Under the pieces are notes generated by a model that had not been told where the DNA came from, did no database searches, and saw only the letters and a program-made list of their open reading frames with translations. This document shows, piece after piece, positions 23,370-35,639 of a stretch of DNA of 64,000 bases (its first letter is position 1; each line of letters begins with the position of its first letter). Position numbers and translations under genes: made by a program. The stretch is from Macrostomum lignano (taxonomy: Eukaryota), in contig NIVC01000293.1 in assembly GCA_002269645.1 (NCBI GenBank), positions 310,001-374,000 on the forward strand. The letters run 5' to 3'.

Positions 23370-23590
23370 TTGAGGGTACTGAGGGTGAGGGCAGTCCCCA
23401 AAACAAAAAGGGGGTACCTTAATATTTTCACTTTTTTGATATTCTATAAATATGCCTTAGACCCCCCCACTTCTATGGGGATTTTAACTTTCATAAAAAA
23501 CCTAAATTTTCTATACCCACTTTTAAAGATGGAAGGTGCCTTCACCCTCATGCCCTCATTAGTTTTTAAAAATTAATAAAAAATTGTTTT
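23370..23590. repeat. Quasi-palindromic GAGGGTGAGGG/CCCTCACCCTC module; diverged inverted homologue at about 36845-36990
   Basis: GGTGCCTTCACCCTCATGCCCTCA matches the reverse complement of TGAGGGCATGAGGGTGAGGGCACC (36858-36881) with one mismatch. Confidence 0.7.
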
Positions 23591-23602
23591 AAGACCTATC
23601 CT

Positions 23603-23850
23603 TTTTCAGGATTTTGTAAAACTTAATTTTAAGTTTCCGAAGTAGAGTAACACTTTTTCAGGATTTTGTAAAACATAGTTTTAAGTGTCCGAAGTAGAGT
23701 AACACTTTTTCAGGATTTTGTAACTTTCGAGGCGTGTATTTTGTAATTTTCAGGGAGTGTAAAAAGTGTATAACATTTTTCAGTATCTTTGTAATTTTCG
23801 GGGAGTGTAAAAAGTGTAAAACATTTTTTAGAATTTTGTAATTTCCGAAG
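23603..23850. repeat. 52-bp tandem repeat, decaying rightward
   Basis: CAGGATTTTG at 23607, 23659 and 23711. Confidence 0.8.
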
Positions 23851-25952
23851 AGTATCTTAACGACGAGGACTATGAAGAGATAAGTAGTGACTCTTCTGAG
23901 AATAATAGCGAATTTGAGAGTGATGCCAACTCTTTTGGGGTGACTCACACTCTGATTAAGCTAGCACGCAGACTATGGTTAGCTACGCGGAGGCCAACTC
24001 CATTGAGAGTTGCTCTGAGTCAGAGAGGAAAAATGAAAAAGGGGAACTACGACATAATTGGCACTCTGCCAAAAACTGCACACGATGTGTCGTTCTTTCA
24101 TTGGTTGGGGTAATTCAATATATATAGAAAATCCCAATACTAAAAATGGTTTGTCAGTAGGTATCCCTATAATACACTCCGAGAGAGAAAAATCTGCCTT
24201 GCCAGCCTCCCTTCCAACAGAGTTGTAGCTTACTTTTTCATCTTTTAGTATGAGTGATATTGAAGCTGAAGTTGGATTAGTAGAAGCTCTAACTGTAGTA
24301 GGGGATTATTTTAGGAACGGGAATTATTGTGGGTTCAAATATGCTTTTTGCCTACTATCAGTAGTTTCAACCCGGGGAAATAATTAGAGCGGGGGTAATT
24401 CGCTATTTTTGGGGTTTCTCTAGAACTACAGAGCAGTTGGGCTCTTTGAGAAGCATCTGGCTTGGTTTTGTCTCACATAGAGGCGCCTAACCGCAGTACC
24501 CCTGTGAAACTTGTCTCTGCCTGGCTGAAAGCTTGTAATGAGTGAGTAGGCTGGGTTGGAGGGTAATAGTGGATCAGGAAGGGCTGTGGGTGGCTGTATA
24601 GGAAGGCAGGCCTATACCTGTTCCAGTTGGTGCTTTGACGGTCTCCTTCAAGTGCCCTCTGAGCGAACAGCCAGCGACCCTATTAAAGCTGGAGTGTGCC
24701 AGAACCAGGACTGAGTCTGAGCAGGACGAGACCGTTGGCACGGTCACTATAGAAATGGCGGGTTGGCGAAGCAAAGGGTGAAATAGTCCCGGCGAGTAGC
24801 CCTCCTGCCGCTTCAAAGATAAGAGACTGTCTGGCAAGAGTACCCGGGGTTTAGTTGGGGGGGGGGAGGCTCCTTCGGGCTGCCAAGGCCGTGGAGGCGG
24901 TCATATGACCGGTTGTTTTGGCTTTTCTAACCCAGGAGAAGGCACGGGCTTCCCTGAATGGTTCACTCTACCCCCTCTAGGAGGCCCCGGGGAGGTTTAT
25001 GTACATTTGGCCTGAGTACCCGGGGGTGGTGGGCGGTCGGCCCAGCATGGTAGCCACGGCTCTCGGCCTTCGGGCCATCCCTAATAGGCTAGGGTCTATC
25101 CAACTTGGTTTTTTGGGTACGGGCTTCCTGACTGGTATGTCGTTCCGCTGTCACTGTCCCCCGGGGAGGTTTTTGATCTGATTTTTGCCCTTTGTACAGT
25201 CCTCTTAGCTCCAATTAGGATCTCAGTGTACATAAGTACACTCCCAACCTGGAATCAATTTCTATCTAGTGGCGTAAGAGCCTAATCAATGGCTGAGGCG
25301 CCGAATACTTATTACTGTACTGTACTTGGAGAAGCATCTGGCTTAAGCGTCTTGCGAACAAGGAATTCGGTAAGAAAAGGAAATAAAAAAGGGAATTATA
25401 GGATAGGATTGCACAGAGGAGTCTTGCTCTAAATCTATAACTGGGAGTCTTGCCCAACGCAAAACGGGGAAACTTAAGATAGGAACTAATGTAAAGACCA
25501 ACTTTTGTACAATCAAATAACCATTTCCGTTCTTCATTATTCAACTTTTGTGTTAACTAAATCTAAATTGGTGTCCTGACTCAGTTCTTTAAACCTAAAT
25601 CTAGAATTAGGGAACAGCAGGAACCTGGTGGCAGCGAACTACCAAAAGTCTCAACCAGTAGGGAGTAAATCCACTAGTAAAATCCTTAGCAATAAGAAAA
25701 CCAGAAGCCTAAACCGCAGGTAGCACGACTTGTCCATAACCAAGTGCAATCCAGAGGTAGTAAAGCGGCTCAATAGTCAACTCTCCTCCTTAGGAGAGCA
25801 AGCCTGCTCTAATAAAAAGAAAGTCTCCAAAAAAGTAAAAGCACTGAAAAGGAGGAGGCCTCTTTTTGCGTAGCCTTAAGGAGAGAATTGCAGGCGTTGC
25901 GCAGTCGGGGTTAAAAATTGATAGTAAAGCGTTTAGCAGCCTTATTTAAGCA

Positions 25953-26450
25953 TTGGCTGTTGATTTAGCTTCTCAGAGTAAGAACGATATTGAGGAGCAC
26001 TTTAAAAACATTTCTAAAGCCCTTACTCATATCGGCTCATTAAAGACTTTGGGAGAATTTGAGCTAGCTAGAACGATTGCTTTTGCAGTAACGATGCATA
26101 CAGAAGCAGAAGCAAGAGTTGCAAAGGACTTTCGCATCACAAAGCGTAAGGTTTTAGACAACTGCCGTTTTTACGATTTCTGCATGAAGTTTCCAGCGCT
26201 TATTTTTTGTGGGTTTAGTTTGTCAACTATTATTAAGTATAGAGGACCCATTCTGGGAGCTAGTAAAGAGGACGAAGAATTGAAGGAGTTGCTGCAGATC
26301 AATCAGGAGACTGTTGAATATCTTGAGGGCGAAAAGATAATCGAAAAAGATGTCTCCGCTTGGAGTAATGATGTTAGAGCGAGCTACGATAACCACGAAG
26401 AGGAAGGTTCGGTGTTTTCGATATCTACCGCGGTGCTCCAGGTAGGATGA
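25953..26450 (+). CDS. Unknown helical protein, paralogue 1 (5' part decayed from about 25700)
   Basis: 165-codon open frame; KFPALIFCGFSLSTIIKYRGPI aligns with paralogue 3. Confidence 0.5.
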   Translation: MAVDLASQSKNDIEEHFKNISKALTHIGSLKTLGEFELARTIAFAVTMHTEAEARVAKDFRITKRKVLDNCRFYDFCMKFPALIFCGFSLSTIIKYRGPILGASKEDEELKELLQINQETVEYLEGEKIIEKDVSAWSNDVRASYDNHEEEGSVFSISTAVLQVG

Positions 26451-27079
26451 GAGCTCGACTTTAAGGAAACACTCAATTATTTTATGTTTTATCTAATTTT
26501 TCTTTAATCTTTTGCCACGTTTTAGGGTGCAGAAGGCGGTCAAAGCGAGAACATGGACGAAGTTGCTAGTGAAGAAGATCAGCAAGAGGATGATGACCTC
26601 TACAATGTTGATTGATTCTAATAAACGCAAGTCTTTTTATCATTATAGCTCTGAACTAGCAGAAAAACTGTTTTCTGACAGTTGAAAATATCTGACAAGC
26701 TGTCCAGACCCAAAGACAATAAAATAGCAGACCTTGTCAAAGTTTAGCTTTTAGCATTTCATTCACAAAGGTGGATTTTTATACTATGCTTTTTACTGAC
26801 AGTAGCAAGACATGAGTATGGTTGATATTTTTTGCTGAAGGGAATAAGAGTTGACGAAGTCTTCACCAAATTTTTAGTAGTTCAGAGCTATAATGCATAT
26901 AGGCTAACAACCGATATTTTTCTTCACTTTTTACTGACAGTACCAAGACATGAGTATGGTTGATGTTTTTTGCTAAAAGGAATGAGACTCATTCGAAATC
27001 TAGTAAAACGTTTTATCAAGGCAAAAGTTCGTTTTGGATTAGGCATTTATAATCACAACCCCAACAATTGCATAGATTG

Positions 27080-27505
27080 TCTAACCATATACGGAAATTG
27101 TCTAAGCTATGAAGATGCTGTGAAATTACATAGGGAATACAGAAAACCAAAACTGTTTAGAAAGAGGATTCACTATGCAAAAGACACCATTTGGCATGCA
27201 GATATTATTGTCCTACCACCTAAAAGAGGTTACAAATATGCTCTCACTGTTATAGATGGTTTCACACGTTACGCTTGGGCAGTTCCTTTGAAAACAAAGA
27301 CCGGAGCAGAAGATGCAGAAGCATTCCAGAAAATCTTTAAAGATTCAGGAAGACGATCAGAAAGACTTTGTGTTGATGAATGCAAGGAGTATTATAATCA
27401 GCATATGCACAAGCTATACTCGTTTTCAAGAGACAACGTTAGAAAGAAGGATGAAAAGGGTGAATATATAAACAAGATGTTCTCAATTTATGGCGAGTCC
27501 AAGAT
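27080..27505 (+). pseudogene. Polinton-type retroviral-like (rve) integrase, truncated before the catalytic Glu
   Basis: LHREYRKPKLFRKRIH...IWHADIIVLP...GYKYALTVIDGFTRYAWAVPLKTK...RLCVDECKEYYN. The expected ERFNRT helix is absent. Confidence 0.85.
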
Positions 27506-27745
27506 TTATTTCAGGACTTCTGGGACCTTTAGTATTTCTATACCTCTGGCAAGAGCCAAAGTCACTAGATCTCTGTAATTCTTTAGTTTCCTCACGGAGA
27601 TTTTCTCTTGGTTCTTGGTCATAAAAGTTAGTAAGGCGTCTGTGAAAGGAATTTCCATAGTTTCTGAGCCTTTGAAAACAGAAATATTTTCCTTATTAAT
27701 GTCGATATAATATTCCACTGGTTCATTATAAATGTTTTTTCTCAC
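27506..27745 (-). pseudogene. Small Polinton-associated hypothetical ORF fragment
   Basis: ISVFKGSETMEIPFTDALLTFMTKNQEKISVRKLKNYRDLV resembles the T.GL..LL..K.P...L..Y pattern of Polinton accessory proteins (recognised by eye only). Confidence 0.4.
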
Positions 27746-28649
27746 GTACTTATTCCAAATACATATTTCCCATCATGTTCTACACGCTCTACTGGTCCAA
27801 AAATGTTGTCTGTCACTTTTAGTTGTGATTGTTCTGGTTGCGGCTGTAGTTGTGGTTGCGGGCCGCGGCTGCATCTGTGGTGCTTCTAGAATTTTTACCA
27901 AAGCCTTTTGCACCTATGTTTCCTGTATTTCGTCGATAGTTTCTTTACTTGATCAATATTTTTCTTAGCTTCACCATACCCGGGTTTATGAAACTGTGGC
28001 TGCTTGGATAAACTCATTGTAGGATCGTTGCTCCTTATTAATTAGCCCAGTACTCTCTTTTCTGCTTGTGCTAGCTCCTCCGATTCAGATATCTGCTGCG
28101 CATTTTTTTCGCTTCATTTCTTACTTTATGTTTTCTTTTAGTTAAAAAAATGAACGACTCACTGACAATTCATCCAATGGACCATTAACTTGAAATTTTG
28201 TCAATTTTTTGCAAATATCTGACAGTTTTATGCACAGCTAACTATAGATAACATCTCTATGGAATCTGCTGCTGCTAGCCATAAAAAAGCCGAGGCATGA
28301 ACATTGATTCCTACAATGTCATTGATTTCTACTTACAGTATGATTGTGTTTTATTGTGTGACAAACATCTGACAGCATGCCAGAAATATAACATCTTTTA
28401 AACTAGCTGACGCCTTGAATCGACAATATGCTGCTTACTGCGGTGCTGAATTTGTCAATGTTATTGTCTTAAAAAAGTGCCTCCGATTTCTTAAAAATAT
28501 AATAGAAACTATAGACATGAGAATGAATTACATTCCGAAGAAGGAATTGGAGATTAGCTGGCATAATAATTATACCAAAATATCACAGTAAAAATAGGCT
28601 TCAGTAAGCACGTATTTCTAGGAAGAGCATTAAACATTCAGGCAGCAAT

Positions 28650-29905
28650 GACTCATTTGCCTCCAATCTTCTCTACTGGAAAATATCCTGGCGAATTTCA
28701 TATTCCAGGGTATTCTTTCACAGGTCCAAGTACAAATCTAGACAAGAGACTCAATCCAATTACAGACTGGCCTCGGTATGACAGTTTACAAATTAACCCG
28801 ATAGATTGAACCACAGAATATACACAGAATGGTGAATTAGCTCTCTCGCAAAAAAATCTTGCTCCGAAACTATATTCGCGATATGCTGCTAATGATGAGG
28901 CGCGTGATAAGTAGTAGATTTAGGCAGCTAGTGCCATAGACAGCGGTTAGGTGAGCTGTCCACAGAATATACTGTATATACTGTGTATACTCTGTGGAGC
29001 TGTCAGCCGATGCAATATTTTCGATAGCAAGCGGCAGCATGAATGCTAAGACAAAATCCAAGATCCAATGCGCAGCAGAGGAAGTGGAAGACTGCAGTTG
29101 TGTAAGCCAAACAATTTCTGCCTCCTTCGCGCGTGCCATTCGGCCTGTGATAATCTCCCACTGCGACGATCACTCCGAGCGATGTGCGGTAGGAATAGCA
29201 AAGATCTACAGCCAGCTGCGCCTGCATCACTGGTGCCGCAGCCAATCAAAGATCGCGCAGCAAAGGAAGCGAGGCCGATCAGTTGCTTTCGAAAAATCGG
29301 ACGAAATAAAAAAGTTCAAGCGAATGGGCGCAATAAGCAAATTCTAATTCAATGTTAATCATGTTAATTTTTAAATTCTTAAATTGTTATTCAATTAATT
29401 CTTATTCAATTAATTCCTACATTCTTCAATTCAATGTTAATTCTAATTCAATGTTATCAAAAAATGCACGTGCAAGCAGCACAGCTAATCGAAAAGTCTT
29501 TTACGCTTATCCTTACCACTTTACATTGACTTTTAATACATATAGCCTAGGGCGCTTAGCTTAATCTACGTCAATTTAATTGCACTACTTTTCGCCACCT
29601 CATCATTAGTAGTCTATGAACATTTTATTCCGATAACTAGTTTAAGCGCTGATTCACCATTCTGTGTATATTCTGTGGATTGGACTACTTACTATCATGA
29701 CAAAAACTATAGAAATGCTGAAAACACTTCTTCAAATCTAGAGGAAGCTCTAGCAAAGAAGCATATAGCTGATGAAAAATGATAGCTGATTTAGATGCCA
29801 TTCCAATCAGTGAATTGACTGTGAAAGAAAGACTCATTCGAAATCTAGTAAAACGTATTATCAGGGCAAAAGTTCGTTTTGGATTAGGCATTCATACTCA
29901 CAACC
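28650..29905 (+). pseudogene. Parvovirus-VP1-like/Polinton PLA2-like domain split by a P-type MITE
   Basis: GEFHIPGYSFTGPSTNLDKRLN...INPID | WTTYYHDKNY...KKHIADEK(M)IADLDAI...IRNLVKRIIRAKVRFGLG. Removing 28812-29677 plus one TSD restores the frame. Confidence 0.8.
28812..29677 (+). mobile_element. 866-bp non-autonomous P-element-like transposon
   Basis: 26-bp perfect TIR CACAGAATATACACAGAATGGTGAAT, 8-bp TSD GATTG(A/G)AC, and an internal P-transposase C-terminal remnant IAKIYSQLRLHHWCR. Confidence 0.85.
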
Positions 29906-30927
29906 CAGTAAAATGCATGAGCGGGCTTACGGGACAAAATTTTAACGTCCTCCATAACCCTCCTAATTCCATTCATATTATCCCCGACAGAATCAGAAAA
30001 ACGGGGGGTCGCACTTGCTCCGAAAACTTCGAACATAATCCCATTAAATCCATCCATTTTATCTTTGAATCAGAAAAAAAGGGAGTCGCACTTGCTCCGA
30101 AAACTTCGAACATAATACCATTAAATTCATCCATATTATCACTGACAGAATCAGAGCATAACAGGTGTCCTACATAATCCACTGACATCCACCCATAGCA
30201 TCTTCGAAACAATCAGAAATAATCTGCATTATTCTCCCCACATTTAATTCACAACGCGAAAGCACATCCCTAAGACTTTAAATCATCAGCGCAGGGTGCT
30301 CATCCTCCGAAAAAGTTAAATTTTTTTCTAAAAATGTTTCCAGTTGTCTTTCCAGGTTTCTAATACAAAGCGCACGAGCCTAATTACAAGAGTAAGTATC
30401 AATGCAAACTAGAATGCAGCGAGTACATGAGAAAATATTGGGCCGACCACACAATAAATGTCCCTAATATTAATCTAGCTCTCCAAAGACACTGGTTTCT
30501 TAAGTATGGAGTAACCTACGTAAAAGCTTACGACAGCTACTATAACTTTACAGAAATCATTAAGCAATTGTAGAATGTCGTTACAATACGCTTTAAGACT
30601 TTAAGACTGCATTAATATATATTTTACGCATGGTATCTTGCTGGTTGGAGGGTGGGTGATGAGCAGAATAGTTATGGCAGCTGTTTCTTGTCATAGCGCG
30701 AGCGGCGTTGGTAGCCACTCCCAGTTGGCTCTTATTCGTTGCATTAATTTGACGAACGTTCGTAAAAATCATGTGCAGAATAGAGAAAAAAGCTTGCCCA
30801 GCTCAGGATCCCAGGATCCCTTAACTAGCTTAAAGGATCCCTTGCCTAGCTTTAGAAACGTCCATTTAGTTCCTTGTTTAAACCCCCAGCCTAACCCCCA
30901 GCTTTAACCCCCAGCTAGGGGTTAAAG

Positions 30928-33699
30928 CATGGGTCCCCAACCTGCGGCCCGCGGGCCGCATGCGGCCCGCGAGCCCTTTTTGTGCGGCCCGCGGCACCTT
31001 CCAGTAGTTTGCATTACATGCGGCCCGCCGAGTCTATCACTGGATTTCACTGCGGCCCCCGAAAATGTTAAAGTTTTCCTAGCTGTATTGAAAATATGCC
31101 CAGAAATCTCTTACCCCCCCAACCGCTAGAAGCGACGCTTCAATTCATTTGGATTGCTATTTTAGCCACTCCTAGCGCACAAATGTACATGCAGTCAAGA
31201 GTTGAAGTGAAAAGTAGGAAGGAATGCTAGCTAATATCAATAAGGTTCAAGGCAAAGGAGGTGGGGGTTGGGGGTAAGGGCTCTACTGCCTCTCTCTCTC
31301 TCATGAAAGCTAGTTTAGTTCAGTCGATATTTTCTCTCCCCCACAGTGCGCTGATTCAACCTCCGCTGATTCAACCCCTCACCGCTTCAAACCTCTCTCT
31401 CCATATCTGGCTACGCATGCGTGGGGGAAGGGGGAGTGACGCACAACACAACCCCCCACTTTCCCTCCCCCCGCACTAGTATATTCTCGCTAGCAGTTTA
31501 TTGGCTGCTTCTTTCTCACTGTACAATGAAACGGCCTGACGGGTCTGCGGCCCAAAGCCTCGCTGGGGGTGGCATTTCGTCTCTAGTCCAGCCCATAGTT
31601 CTTGTAACCAATAGAAACTTATCGATTTTTCTTCTACACCCTTTTTCATGGGTGTACATTGTTTATTGGCCCTTAAATGCCAGTAGAGTTCCTTAAAATG
31701 GTGGACCAGTAGCAAGGAGTAACTCTATAACTCAGTAACTCTATAGTTCCAGATGGCACACGCTGCAAAAAAGAGGAAGATCGCGGAGGAGAAGCGCTCC
31801 TTTAATGCCGACTGGTGTCAGTTCTTTTTCGTGGAGCGCAAGGGGAAGCCGCTGTGTGTCATCTGCCAGGAGACGATCGCCGTATGCAAGGAGTTCAATG
31901 TGAAGCGGCACTTCACCACGAACCATGCCAAGTTTGTGGACATGCCGGAGGACAAGCGCAAGACTGAGTTCACTCGCTTGGCAGCCAACTTGGACCGGCA
32001 GAATGCCCTCTTTAAAAAGCCTGTGAATCTGGCTCAATCTGCCGCAATCCGCAACACGCGCGCCAGCTACCGAGTTGCCCACCTGGTAGCGACCCAGCTA
32101 AAGCCCTTCACCGACGGGGCATTTGTAAAGGAGTGCATGATGGCCGCTGTAGAGGAAGTCTGCCCAGAAAAAAAGGATCTCTTCACCAACATCAGCCTCT
32201 CTGCTTCCACCATCACTCGCCGCATTGAAGAGATGGCAATCGACATTCGTTCAACGCTTAAGCAGCGCTGCCACAGTGCACGTTTCTTCTCCATTGCCCT
32301 CGACGAGTCTACCGACGTCAAGGACACAGCTCAGCTCGCCATCTTCTTTCGTGGCGTCACGGACACCTTTGACGTAGTGGAAGAATTCGTCCGGCTGATG
32401 CCGATGCAAGGAACCACCACTGGTGCCGACATCCTGCAGTGCGTGCTAAAGTTGGTGCAGGAATTCGAGCTGGATCTATCACGCCTGTGTGCCATTACCA
32501 CTGACGGTGCACCTGCCATGGTTGGGCCAACCAAGGGCTTTGCTTCCCTCCTGGTAAAGCACTGCCGGGACCAGGGACATATGCAGGACATCATGCGCAT
32601 CCACTGCATCGTACACCAAGAAGTCCTCTGTGCAAAGTCGACCACCATAACGTCCGTTATGGGCGTCGTGGTGAAGGCGGTGAATTTTGTGCTAGCTCGG
32701 GCCCTGAATCACCGCCAGTTCCGGGACTTGCTGTCAGAGGCCAAAGCACAGTATGGGGACCTTCTCTATTACTGTGAGGTGCGCTGGCTCAGCCGCGGGA
32801 AGATGCTGCAAAGAGTCTTCGATCTGAGGGAGGAGCTAGCCGACTTCTTGGATTCAAAGGGAGCTGCTGTCCAGGAGTTCACTGACCCAGCGTGGGTGCA
32901 AGACCTCGCCTTCCTTGTTGACCTGACTGGGCACCTCAACACCCTGAACACCCAGCTGCAAGGCCGTGGCGTCCTTGTGCCAGACATGATAAACAAGATC
33001 AAGGCATTCGAGACCAAGCTCAGGCTGTGGGAAGCACAGATAAAGAATCGAGAGCTCACACACTTTCCCAACCTTGCAACTTTCGAGCTGACTAATTCAG
33101 CTGCCCAGAAGTACGCTGACGCCCTTTCGGACCTGAGGGACGAGTTCGCCAACCGCTTCTCGGAGTTGCGAGCGAATTCAATGGAGCTGAAGCTATTCAG
33201 CAGCCCTTTCGACCTGGATGCTGATGAAGTGCCTGCCAATCTGCAGATGGAGCTCATTGAGCTTCATTGTTCTGACGAGCTCAAAGCAAAGTTCGGCTGC
33301 ACCTCCCCAATGGGATTTTGGAGCCAGGGCATCAAGCCTGCTGACTTTCCAGGCCTCGTCCTACACGCCACGAAGATTGCTGCCATGTTTGGTTCTACAT
33401 ACGCATGTGAACAGCTCTTCAGCCGAATGAAGCTGACCAAGAGCAAAACTAGAGCGCAGTTGACTGACGGCCACCTCGAAGATGCACTGCTGCTCGCTGT
33501 TTCGTCGATCAAGCCAAATGTTGAACTGCTGTCGAAGGATAAGGAGCACCAGCCATCTCATTGATTTTGTTTGACATTTGGAAATGGACATTTTTGCTTG
33601 GTTTTGTGTATTTCATGTTTTGTGTATTAGCATGCGGCCCGCACACACCAAGCCAGTTGTCAATGCGGCCCGCCGCCCATAGAAGGTTGGGGACCCCTG
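30928..33699 (+). mobile_element. Complete hAT (Charlie/SPIN-like) transposon, 2772 bp
   Basis: TIRs CATGGGTCCCCAACCT / AGGTTGGGGACCCCTG (1 mismatch), 8-bp TSD GGTTAAAG, and subterminal GCGGCCCG repeats. Confidence 0.96.
31753..33564 (+). CDS. hAT transposase, intact 603 aa (GTF2IRD2/SPIN-like)
   Basis: BED-like PLCVICQE...KRHFTTNH, FSIALDESTD, TTDGAPAM, IHCIVHQE, VRWLSRG and dimerisation motif FGSTYACEQLFSRMK. Confidence 0.96.
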   Translation: MAHAAKKRKIAEEKRSFNADWCQFFFVERKGKPLCVICQETIAVCKEFNVKRHFTTNHAKFVDMPEDKRKTEFTRLAANLDRQNALFKKPVNLAQSAAIRNTRASYRVAHLVATQLKPFTDGAFVKECMMAAVEEVCPEKKDLFTNISLSASTITRRIEEMAIDIRSTLKQRCHSARFFSIALDESTDVKDTAQLAIFFRGVTDTFDVVEEFVRLMPMQGTTTGADILQCVLKLVQEFELDLSRLCAITTDGAPAMVGPTKGFASLLVKHCRDQGHMQDIMRIHCIVHQEVLCAKSTTITSVMGVVVKAVNFVLARALNHRQFRDLLSEAKAQYGDLLYYCEVRWLSRGKMLQRVFDLREELADFLDSKGAAVQEFTDPAWVQDLAFLVDLTGHLNTLNTQLQGRGVLVPDMINKIKAFETKLRLWEAQIKNRELTHFPNLATFELTNSAAQKYADALSDLRDEFANRFSELRANSMELKLFSSPFDLDADEVPANLQMELIELHCSDELKAKFGCTSPMGFWSQGIKPADFPGLVLHATKIAAMFGSTYACEQLFSRMKLTKSKTRAQLTDGHLEDALLLAVSSIKPNVELLSKDKEHQPSH

Positions 33700-34149
33700 G
33701 GTTAAAGCAACCCCCAGCTAGGGGTTAACGCAACCCCCAGCCTTCTCAACCCCCAGCTCTTTCAGCAGTCTTCCTAGTTCTTTACTTGGCGCATGCAATA
33801 AAAAACCCGCCCCTTTTCCCAGGCAACCCCAATCAACCATTAATAGACAATCGGCGGGTTTCCCATATTATAGAATATTCTAGAATAAAAAAAGAATCCA
33901 GTGATTACCGAGCCGACACCAATTGTATATAAACAGCCGATTCACACCGCCCCTCGCCTCATCCCGCCTGCTCCGCCGGCAGGGTCCGCTCCGCCTTGGC
34001 TCCGCCTCGTTATGAGTTCCAGCAATGCTGCAAAAAATTGTGAATACGATAAGGAGTATTAGTAGTAAATATTCTGCCAGTACGGCAATCACCTTTGCTA
34101 ATCTATAAGATCAGGGAAAAGCTTTACTTTTAAACTTTTTAAAAAGTAG

Positions 34150-34804
34150 ACGTAAATTCTATAAAAAGAGCGCTTGGAGAAAGAAAAATCTTCTAATCAA
34201 GAAAAAGAAGACCGCGAAGCTCGGTTTTTAGCTCGCTTAAAGCAAGAAATCATGTCAATAAAAAACGAACAGCTGGTGATTAAAACAAGGTAAGTCTTGC
34301 TTATTTTTTACTATATAGACAATTTCCTCAATACTTTAAGAGGCAGAAGTTAAAAAGCATTTGAAGGAATTGAAAGAACGTGAGAAAAAAGCTAAACAGA
34401 AGAAGATAAAAGCCAGAGAGAAGAAGAAAAAGAGCCTCCACGCAAAGCTTAGAACTTCGATAGCTAATATGCACTATGACCTGTCGCCGACATCACTAGA
34501 ACTACCACATCAAGAGCCAATAGGAGAGGCTGTGAACAAACTACGAAGCCTGGTAAACCACTCCGAAAATGTTAATGCATCGCTATTGTGGCAACGAATA
34601 GTGATCGGACAATGGCTTACCTACATCCACAGATTGTTGGATAAGAAGGCAGAGCTTATTGTCTATTTAATGGCACAAAAAGTTAAGATTAGTAAGACTG
34701 ATATCTACTTTCTTCGGCTTCTTAAGTTGCCAATTAGGGAGATCAAAACAAATTTTAAGATTATCAAAGAGTTGGTGAAGGAGGATGGCGCATACTGGAG
34801 ATAA
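34150..34804 (+). pseudogene. Unknown protein, paralogue 2 (spliced, probably disrupted)
   Basis: EDREARFLARLKQEIMSIKNEQLVIKT|GTAAGT (donor 34290), then open frame 34361-34804 ending IYFLRLLKLPIREIKTNFKIIKELV. Confidence 0.5.
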
Positions 34805-35094
34805 TAAGTTAATCAATACAAATGTTATATTGTTACATACATTACTGTATGCGTTAAACCTTTGCTATTATAACGGGTTGAACTGTTATTAAATATTTAC
34901 AGTCCATGAGGATATCATCCTATTGAGGCCCTTCGAAGAGAAGCTAAAAGTCTACACATGCTACACAGTGGTCTGACTACTTTTTATTTAAACTAGCTCA
35001 TAATATCACATGACACTAGAAGCATAGTTTTGTGCTGTACTTTAAGACAGGATTAAGACATAATTTAGGATTAACACAAAAGATATATGATTGT

Positions 35095-35450
35095 GCTGTA
35101 CTCATTCCTATATGCTTCTTAAACAAGTTTCGCGCGAGAGACCTGCATAGCAACCTGGCAAGCTTTTTTGTGGTGTACTCATTTCCATATGCTTCTTAAA
35201 CAATTTTCACGCGAGAAACCTGCAGAGCAACCTGGCAAGCTTTTTTATTGTGCTTTACTCATTCCTATATGCTTCTTAAACAAGTTTCACGCGAGAAACC
35301 TGCATAACAACCTGGCAAGCTTCTTGAACAAGTTTCACGCGAGAAACCTGCATATTAACCTGGCAAGCTTTTTTATTGATCAATGCACTCATTCCTATAT
35401 GCTTCTTGAACAAGTTTCACGCGAGAAACCTGCATAGCAACCTGACAAGC
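35095..35450. repeat. About 76-80-bp minisatellite, about 5 copies
   Basis: CTCATTCCTATATGCTTCTTAAACAAG...GCGAGAAACCTGCA...AACCTGGCAAGCTT recurs. Confidence 0.9.
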
Positions 35451-35639
35451 TTTTCTTTATTAACGAGAAACCAAATCCAGTGAAAAGAGTTGTATTGAGT
35501 AATAAGGAGATTCACGAGATTGTGCTACAGTTTGAGACTGAAGATGGGGTGGGTGTTGATTTCAACGATGAAGAGTTTGTATTGACGTTAATCATTAAGA
35601 GAATGTAAATAAAGCTAATTTATTGAAGATCGATCAAGA

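Noticed and set aside
23940-24010. Minus-strand NHSLRAS resembling tyrosine-recombinase box II
   Set aside because: No downstream GH/W...Y residues and a stop follows, so it is likely chance.
24400-25550. GC-rich, proline-rich minus-strand ORF pieces
   Set aside because: Multiple stops and no recognisable motif, so I cannot support a call.
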